From: Spirochaetia bacterium
GTDB taxonomy: Bacteria > Spirochaetota > Spirochaetia > DSM-16054 > Sediminispirochaetaceae
Assembly (NCBI GenBank): GCA_034520965.1
Contig: JAXHMY010000001.1
Location: forward strand, 1,050,233 to 1,114,232
Direction: 5' to 3'
DNA length: 64,000 nucleotides
Below are positions 1 through 8,441 of the stretch, in pieces. The position numbers were made by a program, and so were the translations under genes. The first letter of the stretch is position 1. Every line of letters begins with the position of its first letter. The notes beneath the pieces were generated by a model. The model was not told where the DNA came from, did not search any database, and worked only from the letters and a program-made list of their open reading frames with translations.

Positions 1-351
1 AACGACATCAGCTCTCAGGTGGCCAAGGCGGTACGCGACAGCGGAGTTCAAGAGGGCCGCTGCAGCGTGTACATACCGCACACCACCTGTGGGGTAACCA
101 TCAATGAAAACGCCGACCCCTCGGTAAAAAAGGACATTCTAAAAGAGCTGAATAAGGTTATCCCTCTGGATGACGGGTATTCCCACATGGAGGGCAATTC
201 CGCCGCTCACATCAAATCTTCGCTAATGGGCTTTAGTGTCACTATTCCGGTCAGTGGTGGACGGATGATGCTGGGCACCTGGCAGGGGGTCTACCTCTGC
301 GAGTTCGACGGCCCCCGCAGCCGCAAGGCCATTGTTTCGGTTGGCGATTAG
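1..351 (+). CDS. yjbQ: YjbQ/UPF0047 family protein (5' end probably outside window)
   Basis: Motifs HTTCGVTINENADP, HMEGNSAAHIKSSL and LGTWQGVYLCEFDGPR; the frame is open back to base 1. Confidence 0.92.
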   Translation, partial: NDISSQVAKAVRDSGVQEGRCSVYIPHTTCGVTINENADPSVKKDILKELNKVIPLDDGYSHMEGNSAAHIKSSLMGFSVTIPVSGGRMMLGTWQGVYLCEFDGPRSRKAIVSVGD

Positions 352-359
352 GCATAAAG

Positions 360-1253
360 GTGCGCCGTTATCTGCTGCCCCCGGAAGCTGCCGTTGACGA
401 CCCGCCTTCCAGGCTTGTTCTGGAGGGGGAGGAGTTCCACTACCTTGCCCATGTGCTGCGCTATGGAACCGGCAGCCGTTTTGAGGCAATCGACCGCAGG
501 GGACGTCGATATCAGGCAGAAATAACCGCATGCATGCCCCGCTCGCTGGAACTTGAACTGGAACTCCAGCCAGGGCTCACATCGGAGCCGGAAGTGGAAC
601 CCGAACCGGCTGCAACCCCGGCCCCGGGGCCGGGAGTGGGGCTCACATCGGAGCCGGGTGGAGTGAGGCTGCAGCCGGGGTTCCAGCCCACCTACTATCT
701 GTACCAGGCACTGCTGAAGGGTAAAAAGATGGATGCTGTTATTCGGCAGGCGGCGGCGGCCGGAGTTGAACACATTATCCCCTTGGAAACAGAGCGGACC
801 GTGGCCAAGCTGGAGCAGGGGCGGGAACAGAAAAAATATGCCCGCTGGGAGGCTCTGGTGAAAGAGGCGGTACAGCAGAGCGGCAGCAAGGTCATTCCCC
901 AAATTCATCCAACCGCGCCGCTGCGGGATGTGAAAAAAAAGTGCCCAGCTACAACTTTAAGACTCATTTTTCATGAGGTACCCCTTGAAAAGGCTTCACT
1001 TCACAGGTATCTTTCCAGTTGCCCGCAACAGGTAGCACTTTTTATAGGTCCGGAGGGGGGCTTTTCGCCGGATGAGCTTGCGCTGCTGCACAGTTACGAC
1101 TGCCGACCGGTGCATCTGCCCACCAATGTACTCCGGGCTGAGACTGCCGCCATTTATGCGATCGGGGCTATTCAAACAATTGTAGGGGAGAGGGAGCAGT
1201 GGAAACACGTACCCCAATTTCCGGAAACGACGGACACAGCCGCATCTCAGTAA
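360..1253 (+). CDS. rsmE: 16S rRNA m3U1498 methyltransferase RsmE, with a Pro/Glu-rich insertion
   Basis: HYLAHVLR N-terminus, EAVQQS, FIGPEGGFS and VLRAETAAI SPOUT motifs. Confidence 0.95.
   Translation: MRRYLLPPEAAVDDPPSRLVLEGEEFHYLAHVLRYGTGSRFEAIDRRGRRYQAEITACMPRSLELELELQPGLTSEPEVEPEPAATPAPGPGVGLTSEPGGVRLQPGFQPTYYLYQALLKGKKMDAVIRQAAAAGVEHIIPLETERTVAKLEQGREQKKYARWEALVKEAVQQSGSKVIPQIHPTAPLRDVKKKCPATTLRLIFHEVPLEKASLHRYLSSCPQQVALFIGPEGGFSPDELALLHSYDCRPVHLPTNVLRAETAAIYAIGAIQTIVGEREQWKHVPQFPETTDTAASQ
573..657 (+). repeat. 19-bp direct repeat GGGCTCACATCGGAGCCGG (573-591, 639-657) inside the rsmE insertion
   Basis: Two exact copies 66 bp apart, each encoding GLTSEP. Confidence 0.85.
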
Positions 1254-1966
1254 TCGGTGTACCCGTCGATGTACTTCCGGAAAAGGATATTGAAGAGACA
1301 GTACGAAACTATCTCGATGAGCAGGGAAAGCATCAAATTGTGTTCCTGACTCTATGGGATTTACTCCGAGCCCGCGGGAACAGCGACTTTGCCAGCACGG
1401 TGCGTGAGGCCGGATTAGTTATTCCAACTTCAAAAAGCATTCAAAAGGCAGCCCGTTTTCTGAAAACAAGGGAGCCGGTTCGTTATATGCCTTTTGCATT
1501 TGTAATCCGCCTGCTGGGGGTACTGGAAAAGCACGGAAAAAGTGTGTATCTGGTTGGGCTTCGACCCGAGGCCCTGCACATCGCATCGGGGAACCTGCGG
1601 GACAGCTTTCCCGGCCTGCAGATAGTAGGGCGCTATGCCGGTTATTTCTCGGATGAGCGGGAGGAGGATGTAGTGACGGCCATCAAAAAGGCCGGTCCTT
1701 CCCTGGTGCTGGCCGGCCCCGGTGTGAAAAATGGAAGGTTATGGTTCCGTAAGCACCGAAAAGAGATGCCGGTTGGCCTGTCTCTATGGTGCGGTGAGTG
1801 TTTTGACATTTTCAGCGGCAAACGGGAAAAACCGGCGGAAAAGAGCTGGAACCGCGGAACCTATTGGGTGCGGGATCTCATCCGACGGCCATGGACTATT
1901 TTACGGGTATTCTATTACAGTTATTTCCTACTGCTGCTGTTGTTTTATCGGATAAAAAGCTCCTGA
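1199..1966 (+). CDS. WecB/TagA/CpsF family glycosyltransferase
   Basis: IGVPVDV start, SVYLVG, FPGLQIVGRYAGYF, FDIFSGK..P motifs. Confidence 0.85.
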   Translation: METRTPISGNDGHSRISVIGVPVDVLPEKDIEETVRNYLDEQGKHQIVFLTLWDLLRARGNSDFASTVREAGLVIPTSKSIQKAARFLKTREPVRYMPFAFVIRLLGVLEKHGKSVYLVGLRPEALHIASGNLRDSFPGLQIVGRYAGYFSDEREEDVVTAIKKAGPSLVLAGPGVKNGRLWFRKHRKEMPVGLSLWCGECFDIFSGKREKPAEKSWNRGTYWVRDLIRRPWTILRVFYYSYFLLLLLFYRIKSS

Positions 1967-1982
1967 GGGGCCCCTTCAGCAT

Positions 1983-2026
1983 TGAGAGCCTGAGAGCCTG
2001 AGAGCCTGCGGGCCTGAGGGCTGAGG
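1983..2026. repeat. 8-bp tandem repeat (TGAGAGCC x3 plus degenerate copies) between convergent genes
   Basis: tgagagcc tgagagcc tgagagcc tgcgggcc tgagggc. Confidence 0.85.
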
Positions 2027-2040
2027 CTCTACGGCGGGGA

Positions 2041-2490
2041 TTACAGTTCGTACAATTTTAAATATTCATACAGTTCTTTGAAGCGGTCTTCCATCGACCC
2101 GGCCACCGCACGCCCAATTGCCCGGCGCAGGCCCGGCAGCAGCAGAAACAGTCCCAGCACATCGCCGACAAAGCCGGGAGTAATTAGCAGGACCGCAGCT
2201 ACCAGCAATCCGGCCATTTCAAAAAACTCGATCCCCGGATAGTAGCCGTCTTTGATCCGTCCGTGCATAGTATCAAGCACAGCCCGGATTATCCAAAAAG
2301 TGAATAACAGCCCAAGAAGGCCGGTTGCAGTAACCAGCACCAACAGCACATACTTTGGCACAAGCTCCACCAACTGCAGCAGCACATACATATCCGCTAT
2401 CGGTATGAGTGAGAGCAGCAGGATTATATAGAGCAGCCGTAAAATAAAGCCACTGTCTAAAAAGCGCATTAATGAACGAATTTCTAACAT
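2041..2490 (-). CDS. fxsa: FxsA family membrane protein
   Basis: Hydrophobic protein with LLITPGFVGDVLGLFLLLP FxsA signature; start placed at ATG 2490 after a promoter-like motif. Confidence 0.85.
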   Translation of the reverse strand: MLEIRSLMRFLDSGFILRLLYIILLLSLIPIADMYVLLQLVELVPKYVLLVLVTATGLLGLLFTFWIIRAVLDTMHGRIKDGYYPGIEFFEMAGLLVAAVLLITPGFVGDVLGLFLLLPGLRRAIGRAVAGSMEDRFKELYEYLKLYEL

Positions 2491-2685
2491 ACCTATAAAA
2501 ATATCACAGAGATTACGCAGACACAAGTATGCCTCCCGGATAGTGCAATGCACTATTCAAACTGAGGAGTGCTGTCCCGGGTATTACTACCGGCGAGAAT
2601 TTTCGCCGACAAACTCTCCAAATGAATATTCACCTTGCAGATTATATCTCCTACTATAGGAATATATAAAAAAAAGGGAAAGCGA

Positions 2686-3834
2686 GTGTCCAAAATTTTG
2701 TATGTTGATGCTCATGCCCCGAGCCATGAGTTGCTGCGAAATACCTTTCCATACCTCACTATTTATTCTGCCTATTCAATTAGTGAGGGTCTTACTACAA
2801 TCGGCAGCATAAAACCCGACCTTATTCTTACCGAAATCGATTTTCCCGGCGAGAAGGGGTTCTCACTGTTAGAGCAGCTGGTCCAGCACTCCCCGCGGCG
2901 GCCGGTGGTGGTTTTAAGTACGCTGGACTCCACCCCAAATGTGGTGCGGGCCCTGCATATTGGAGCAGAACACTTTTTCTCCAAACCCTTCGTTCCTGGA
3001 CAGCTGTGCCGGCATGTTCACGAGCTGCTGGCTCTGATGTATCCTCTGCAGCAGCAGATACCGAAGGAGGAAAACGGGAACGATATCTCCAGCCCTCTGG
3101 ATGCGCTTACGGGCTGTTCCGAGGCCCTGTTTCAGCTTAAACACTCGCTGCGTCTGTTTGCTGCGGCGGATGCGCCGGTTTTGATCACCGGTGAAAGCGG
3201 GAGCGGGAAAGAGCTGGTTGCCCAGACCCTGCATAAACTCTCTCCCCGCTGTAATGGCCCTTATAAAACGGTGCATTGCGGGGCAATTCCTATGAGCCTG
3301 CTGGAAGCAGAGCTCTACGGTTGCGAGCCGGGTGCCTTCACCGGGTCGATCCGGCGGCCGGGCCATTTCGAGCAGGCCCATCAGGGAAGTCTGTTTCTCG
3401 ATGAAATTGCCGAGATGTCCCCCGCCGGACAGATGAAACTGCTGCGTATTATTGAAGCGCAGCAGGTGACCAGAATCGGAGGAAGGCGCCCCATTCCTAT
3501 CAGTGTAAGGATTATATGTGCAACGAATCGGGATATAACCGAGCTTGTATCGCAGGGGAGCTTCCGGGCCGATCTTTATTTCAGGATTCACACGCTGCCG
3601 ATCAACCTGCCGCCGCTAAGAGCCAGAAAAGAGGATATTGCCCCCCTGTCGCTGCAATTTTTACGACAGCAGCAGAGCTGCCTGGAAAACCCTATTTCCT
3701 ACTCCGCCTTGATAAAACTCACCCAATACGACTGGCCGGGAAATGTAAGGGAGTTGCGGAACACCCTGCAGTTAGCCATGGTCCTGTCCCGGGGAGAAGT
3801 AATTCAGGCAGAACACATTCGAGTGGCTTATTAA
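2686..3834 (+). CDS. Sigma54-dependent activator (receiver-like + AAA+), no C-terminal HTH
   Basis: ITGESGSGKE Walker A, GAFTGS loop, LFLDEI Walker B, FRADLYFRI, WPGNVREL; GTG start after AAGGGA. Confidence 0.92.
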   Translation: MSKILYVDAHAPSHELLRNTFPYLTIYSAYSISEGLTTIGSIKPDLILTEIDFPGEKGFSLLEQLVQHSPRRPVVVLSTLDSTPNVVRALHIGAEHFFSKPFVPGQLCRHVHELLALMYPLQQQIPKEENGNDISSPLDALTGCSEALFQLKHSLRLFAAADAPVLITGESGSGKELVAQTLHKLSPRCNGPYKTVHCGAIPMSLLEAELYGCEPGAFTGSIRRPGHFEQAHQGSLFLDEIAEMSPAGQMKLLRIIEAQQVTRIGGRRPIPISVRIICATNRDITELVSQGSFRADLYFRIHTLPINLPPLRARKEDIAPLSLQFLRQQQSCLENPISYSALIKLTQYDWPGNVRELRNTLQLAMVLSRGEVIQAEHIRVAY

Positions 3835-3865
3835 GCTTATTATTAAGCTTATTATTAAGCTTATT
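3826..3865. repeat. 12-bp tandem repeat (TAAGCTTATTAT, ~3 copies, palindromic TAAGCTTA core) filling the convergent intergenic gap
   Basis: gcttattaagcttattattaagcttattattaagcttatt. Confidence 0.9.
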
Positions 3866-4391
3866 GAATAACCCTTACTTCAACTGCCTGGAGGACAGGA
3901 AAACGGTTGCCCTGCTGGTCCTGGCCATAGCCAAGGTAGCGGCCTATCAGCAGCACATGGGAGTGCAGGGGGATCTCGTTGGCTGAGGTCTCACGGCTGC
4001 GGGGTTTGGGTACTGTTCCATAAAACTTCGGCCCCCGCAGCTGGGCATAGCAGCGGTACAGCTGCAGCTCTTCGCCATCTACCCACTCTCCGGAAGATAG
4101 TTCCAGAATGCCCAGATAATCCTGTTCATCCTCATTCACCAGCTGGCGGGAGGAGACAATTCCATTGATCATAAGGTACCGGTCTTTGGGGATTGCCTCT
4201 GTATCACCGGCCACCACTTGTGCTGCCAGGCGATCCAAGGTTAAATCGAAGGCCACTACCTCTTCAAACATGGGCAGCACCGGCGGCGCCTGTTCAGACT
4301 GCTCCTGTGCCGTCAAGACCGCCGGCACACACGAGAGAAAAACCGTCAACATAATACCCATAAAACTTGAAAATACGATATCGGACCGCAT
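3861..4391 (-). CDS. Exported hypothetical protein
   Basis: N-terminal hydrophobic signal, AGAGG RBS, globular acidic mature part. Confidence 0.7.
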   Translation of the reverse strand: MRSDIVFSSFMGIMLTVFLSCVPAVLTAQEQSEQAPPVLPMFEEVVAFDLTLDRLAAQVVAGDTEAIPKDRYLMINGIVSSRQLVNEDEQDYLGILELSSGEWVDGEELQLYRCYAQLRGPKFYGTVPKPRSRETSANEIPLHSHVLLIGRYLGYGQDQQGNRFPVLQAVEVRVIQ

Positions 4392-4612
4392 AAAGTACCT
4401 CTTTTCACATCAGCAATCATACTGATTGTATGGCTTTATCATGGAGCGGTCAAGTTTAGGAGAAATCTATTTGATTTTTTACGAATTAATGTCGATATCT
4501 CTAGAGTAAATGTAGTGGAAAAGTGGAACACTGCAGCGGGTAATCAGACTAACTTATTTATACGGAGTAAAAATAAAGAGCGGAGAACTGACCACTTTTT
4601 CAGGAGAAAGGT

Positions 4613-4641
4613 TTGACAAAATATGATTACCTGAATAAGAT
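4613..4641 (+). promoter_or_regulatory. Sigma70-type promoter of the STAS-CesT-pspA operon
   Basis: TTGACA-17 bp-TAAGAT, 41 bp upstream of ATG 4683. Confidence 0.7.
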
Positions 4642-4682
4642 TGTAGTGACCGTGAGAAAGTATCGTACGATAGAGAGGTTTC

Positions 4683-5234
4683 ATGAATAACAACGATATA
4701 GTAGAAGGCTTTGACGATGAAAAAGACGATAGCCTTAAAATACGTCTTGAAAAAATCGATAAAGTTGAAGGCTGCCTCGTATTGTATCTGACCGGATACA
4801 TCGATACCTATAACTCAAATTTCTTTCAGAAGAGAGTCAGTAAAGCTGTCGAGAACGGATTCTCCCGGCTTATCTTTAACTGTGCGGGGCTCAACTACGT
4901 GTCCAGTACAGGAATCGGCTCGTTTACGGCATTCCTGAAGGCTGTAAAACCGCGGGGCGGAGACATCGTTCTTCTGGACATTCAGCCAAAAGTGTACGAA
5001 GTATTCCAGCTGCTGGGGTTCTCTCAATTCTTTAACATAAAAGATAACCTGCAAGAAGCTATAGAGTTCTTCAACTCCGCCGGAAAAACCGGTTCGACAG
5101 ATGTCTTTCCTAAAATATTCAAATGCCCTATCTGTTCAAAAAAGCTGAAGGCTACGAAACCCGGGCGTTTCCGCTGCAGCGAATGCAAAACCATTTTAGC
5201 GATCGACAATTCCGGACAGGTCTTTCTAGGTTAG
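4683..5234 (+). CDS. STAS-domain anti-sigma factor antagonist with C-terminal zinc ribbon
   Basis: LTGYIDTYNS, LNYVSSTGIG (phosphorylatable Ser motif), VFQLLGF; C-terminal CPIC...CSEC. Confidence 0.9.
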   Translation: MNNNDIVEGFDDEKDDSLKIRLEKIDKVEGCLVLYLTGYIDTYNSNFFQKRVSKAVENGFSRLIFNCAGLNYVSSTGIGSFTAFLKAVKPRGGDIVLLDIQPKVYEVFQLLGFSQFFNIKDNLQEAIEFFNSAGKTGSTDVFPKIFKCPICSKKLKATKPGRFRCSECKTILAIDNSGQVFLG

Positions 5235-5270
5235 CATTCGTACCCATTTCAGTAAGGGGAGAGTGCATTT

Positions 5271-5648
5271 ATGAACAAAATTGAAGGCTACCTCATCAAT
5301 CTCGGTTTGACCTACGCAGAAATTAGTGAAAATACCTGGATGCTCAACGATCCGCAAAGCGGGCTTGAACAAGTGGTGATAGCGGTAAATGAACCACTGG
5401 TCATTGTGCGGGTGAAGGTAATGAACGTTCCCCAGACTAATCGTGAAGCGTTTTTCCTTAAACTCCTGCAGCTAAACGGTTCAGATCTCATCCATGGGGC
5501 CTATGCAGTAGTTGAAAACGACGTTATTTTAATAGATACATTAAACTACGAAACTATGGATTTAGAAGACTTCCAGGCTACTCTTGATGCAATGAGTCTT
5601 GCTCTCACCGAGCATTACTCGCTGCTCTCCAGCTTCCGAACACCATAG
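5271..5648 (+). CDS. CesT/YbjN-like (type III secretion chaperone fold) protein
   Basis: 125 aa acidic protein with LLQLNG..IHGAYAV motif typical of the fold; upstream of pspA. Confidence 0.75.
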   Translation: MNKIEGYLINLGLTYAEISENTWMLNDPQSGLEQVVIAVNEPLVIVRVKVMNVPQTNREAFFLKLLQLNGSDLIHGAYAVVENDVILIDTLNYETMDLEDFQATLDAMSLALTEHYSLLSSFRTP

Positions 5649-5668
5649 TAGTATACAGAGGAATAAGC

Positions 5669-6361
5669 ATGGGATTTTTTGAAAGATTCAGGCGCATGAT
5701 AAAAAGCAACCTCAACCAGATGATCAGTCGGGCGGAGGATCCGGAAAAAATGCTGAATCAGCTGATCATCGATATGAACCAGCAGCTGATTGAGTCGAAA
5801 AAGAGTGTGGCCTCGGCCATCGCCGACGAAAAGAAGCTTGAGCGGCTAATGAACAACGCCCTTGCCCAGTCCCGCGAATGGGAGGAGAAGGCCCGTACCG
5901 CCGTAAAAGCCGGCAAGGACGATCTGGCAAAACAGGCCCTGGTTCGCAAGCAGGAATTTGACTCACAGGCCCAGCAGTACCGCGAGCAGTACGATTCACA
6001 GCATGAGTCGGTTGAAAAACTAAAACAAGCCCTGCGGCAGCTGCAGCAGAAGATAGAAGAGGCCCAGCGAAAGAAGAACTTGCTGATTGCCCGCTCGAAG
6101 CGGGCCGATACACAGCGACAAATTCAAGATACCATTGGAAACCTCGGCAATAACTCAGCCTTCGAAGCCTTCGACCGCCTGACCCAGGACATCGAAGATA
6201 AGGAGGCACGAAACGCCGCCATCGAAGAGATGGAATCTACCAGTTCAACCGACGAGCTGGAAGAGGAGTTTGCCAAGCTTGAAAACTCCGATTCATCCGC
6301 CGATTTGATGCTGGAAGACCTTAAACAGCGCATCCAGGATGAAGAGGGCAAAAAAAGCTAG
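5669..6361 (+). CDS. pspA: PspA/IM30 family protein
   Basis: MGFFERF..MIKSNLN..AEDPEKMLNQ N-terminus, KDDLAKQAL, long coiled coil. Confidence 0.95.
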   Translation: MGFFERFRRMIKSNLNQMISRAEDPEKMLNQLIIDMNQQLIESKKSVASAIADEKKLERLMNNALAQSREWEEKARTAVKAGKDDLAKQALVRKQEFDSQAQQYREQYDSQHESVEKLKQALRQLQQKIEEAQRKKNLLIARSKRADTQRQIQDTIGNLGNNSAFEAFDRLTQDIEDKEARNAAIEEMESTSSTDELEEEFAKLENSDSSADLMLEDLKQRIQDEEGKKS

Positions 6362-7123
6362 GTGAGCGGTGCATGCAGCCCCTTTCACAGTGTTATCAAC
6401 ATTGTATACGATAACGCATTACGGGGTGCCGAAGCTTTACCCATTCCCACAGATACCTTTCCCGCTTTTCTACACCCCAAGGTAGAAATTTGCTTTTCCC
6501 GGAATCCGCTTAGCACCGAGCATATCGACTTGTACCTTGTGCCGGCGGTTACCCTGCCCATCCACCGGAAATTTCAAAGCCCCCAGCCTTGCAGCGCAGC
6601 GCCGGTGATAGCCTACGGGCCGGAGAAGCTGCTGCCCCTGGCCTTTGACTGCGGCTGCTGTGACTATCTGCGCAGTCCCTGGGCCTTGAACGAACTGAGG
6701 GCCCGTGCGCTGCGTGCCCTTCCTCCGCGGCAGCTTGAGTTTGAGTGGGGAACCATTTCTCTGGAGAGGGAGCTGCAGGGAGAGGTTCTCCGTCTGCGTG
6801 AGCCCGCGGCAGCCCGCCCGGCCCAGCTTACACTCAGTGCACCGGAGGCGGCGATCCTGCGACTGCTGATATTGCAGTCCGGAAACCCCGTCTCCAGGCA
6901 ATGCCTTCAAGCCGGGCTGCAGAGGCTACAGAGGCAGCCTGAAAAAAATTCGCCCCCTGCCGGTCACACATCCAGCCGTACCACCATTCGTACCGCCAGT
7001 CGGGCTGTGGATGTGCATATTTCCACTTTACGAAAAAAGTTTAACCTGTTGTCGGGGAAGGCATTGCAGCCCCATCCAATTCGAAGCATATACGGCTATG
7101 GCTACGTGCTTATTCACAAGTAA
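6362..7123 (+). CDS. OmpR-type winged-helix regulator with degenerate receiver domain
   Basis: GCCDYLRSPW..ELRARA linker; RAVDVHISTLRKK..IRSIYGYGY wHTH; no acidic phospho-pocket. Confidence 0.8.
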   Translation: MSGACSPFHSVINIVYDNALRGAEALPIPTDTFPAFLHPKVEICFSRNPLSTEHIDLYLVPAVTLPIHRKFQSPQPCSAAPVIAYGPEKLLPLAFDCGCCDYLRSPWALNELRARALRALPPRQLEFEWGTISLERELQGEVLRLREPAAARPAQLTLSAPEAAILRLLILQSGNPVSRQCLQAGLQRLQRQPEKNSPPAGHTSSRTTIRTASRAVDVHISTLRKKFNLLSGKALQPHPIRSIYGYGYVLIHK

Positions 7124-7430
7124 TACACAGCATCTTCTAGTTGTGGATAACTTGTGAGAAAAATTTGATAAGATTTTTGTGTCACTGTTATTATATCACT
7201 GTTTTATATTACAAAATAGTCAGGAATTAAAGGCGTTGTTTCGAAGGAGGTTATCTCTATTTTACAGAATGAATTAACAACTTATTGTCTAGCAGTGAGG
7301 GTAAATAATGACCCACTCTGCATTTTTATTTACTCACAAGACTCAAAAAACTCTAAGGGTTGACACCCAACAGCCTGTGGATAACTTGTGCAGTACATTG
7401 TAAAATCCCTTTAAACAGTTTCACTGTTTA
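7110..7430. promoter_or_regulatory. DnaA-box cluster with AT-rich core (candidate oriC or DnaA-regulatory locus)
   Basis: Perfect TGTGGATAA at 7142-7150 and 7376-7384; TTATTCACA 7110-7118; one-mismatch boxes at 7121, 7153 and 7330; AT-rich repeats TCACTGTT(A)TTATA at 7182 and 7196. Confidence 0.7.
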
Positions 7431-7433
7431 GAG

Positions 7434-7462
7434 TTGCGAGGTATCTAGGTTCGTGTTACTAT
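7434..7462 (+). promoter_or_regulatory. Sigma70-type promoter for the 7488 operon
   Basis: TTGCGA-17 bp-TACTAT with TG upstream of -10. Confidence 0.5.
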
Positions 7463-7487
7463 AAGGCACCTAAAAAAGGATAAATCT

Positions 7488-8441
7488 GTGAAAAAAGCTG
7501 TAGTGCTTTCTGCGGCATACGTCGGTATTTATATCATCAGCCTCCTCCTCATATCCGGGGTGATCCTTATTTTTATTTGGATAAGTAATTACTCACCGGA
7601 ATACCAGTCAATGCACTTTTTTGAGCCGGCTTCGCAGGCCCTGCTTGCTGCAATTGCACCGGCGGTTGCACTTTCGTTGATGTTGGTATTGCTGCTGCGC
7701 ACTCGAACACCCGCCCGCTCCCGCGATCCCCTAGGGGGTCTTATTGTGACTCTAGTGGCGATAGCACTGTATATGGGCACCGCCCTGCTGGTACTGCAGT
7801 TTTTCCAACCCGGCGCATCGACTGAGGTCCGGCACACTCCTTTTTTCCAGCAGCGACTGGTGCACATTGAACAGGATCTACTGTATACCGGTCAGATTCA
7901 GGTGTCCGAGGGCGACGAAGTGTCCATTGCTCCTCTGCTTAAAATAGATATGGATAAAACCCAGGCTCCCCGGATTACCTATTTCCAAAAAGCCCAGGCT
8001 GATCCTACCCGGCGGCGTATTACAGCCCCCGACGGAGAGACGATTCTCGAATACAGCCCAAGAACCACTCCCTTCTACGCCTTTGTAGAGCCGCCGGCAT
8101 CCTTGCAGCGGATCTCTCGGGAAGTCGAGGGCATCGCCCAGGTAATTCGACGGAGCACTGCAAAGGGATGGATATTTTTGCTGCTGATAACCGCCGGCCA
8201 TGTGCTGTTTTTAACCGGCAGCTGGTCCATTATACGCAGCAGCCGCTGGCCCCTGTTAAACGCGCTGATTGCCCTGATTGTATTCAGAGGGTTTTTCTTC
8301 CTTGATACGGCCTTTCATAGCGGAGTGTTCGCTGAAGCCCTGCAGGTACTCTCGCTTGGGGAGTACAGTTTTTTGGCGGCCCCCGCCGCCTTCCTTCTGT
8401 TAGGCCTGCTGGGTATCTTATGGGGAGTAGTCCATGAATAA
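7488..8441 (+). CDS. Integral membrane protein (3TM-periplasmic-3TM)
   Basis: Six hydrophobic segments in two groups; AAGGA RBS. Confidence 0.75.
   Translation: MKKAVVLSAAYVGIYIISLLLISGVILIFIWISNYSPEYQSMHFFEPASQALLAAIAPAVALSLMLVLLLRTRTPARSRDPLGGLIVTLVAIALYMGTALLVLQFFQPGASTEVRHTPFFQQRLVHIEQDLLYTGQIQVSEGDEVSIAPLLKIDMDKTQAPRITYFQKAQADPTRRRITAPDGETILEYSPRTTPFYAFVEPPASLQRISREVEGIAQVIRRSTAKGWIFLLLITAGHVLFLTGSWSIIRSSRWPLLNALIALIVFRGFFFLDTAFHSGVFAEALQVLSLGEYSFLAAPAAFLLLGLLGILWGVVHE

Noticed and set aside
5271..5648. CesT-like gene as evidence of a type III secretion system
   Set aside because: No T3SS genes are nearby, and this fold is a known PspA neighbour.
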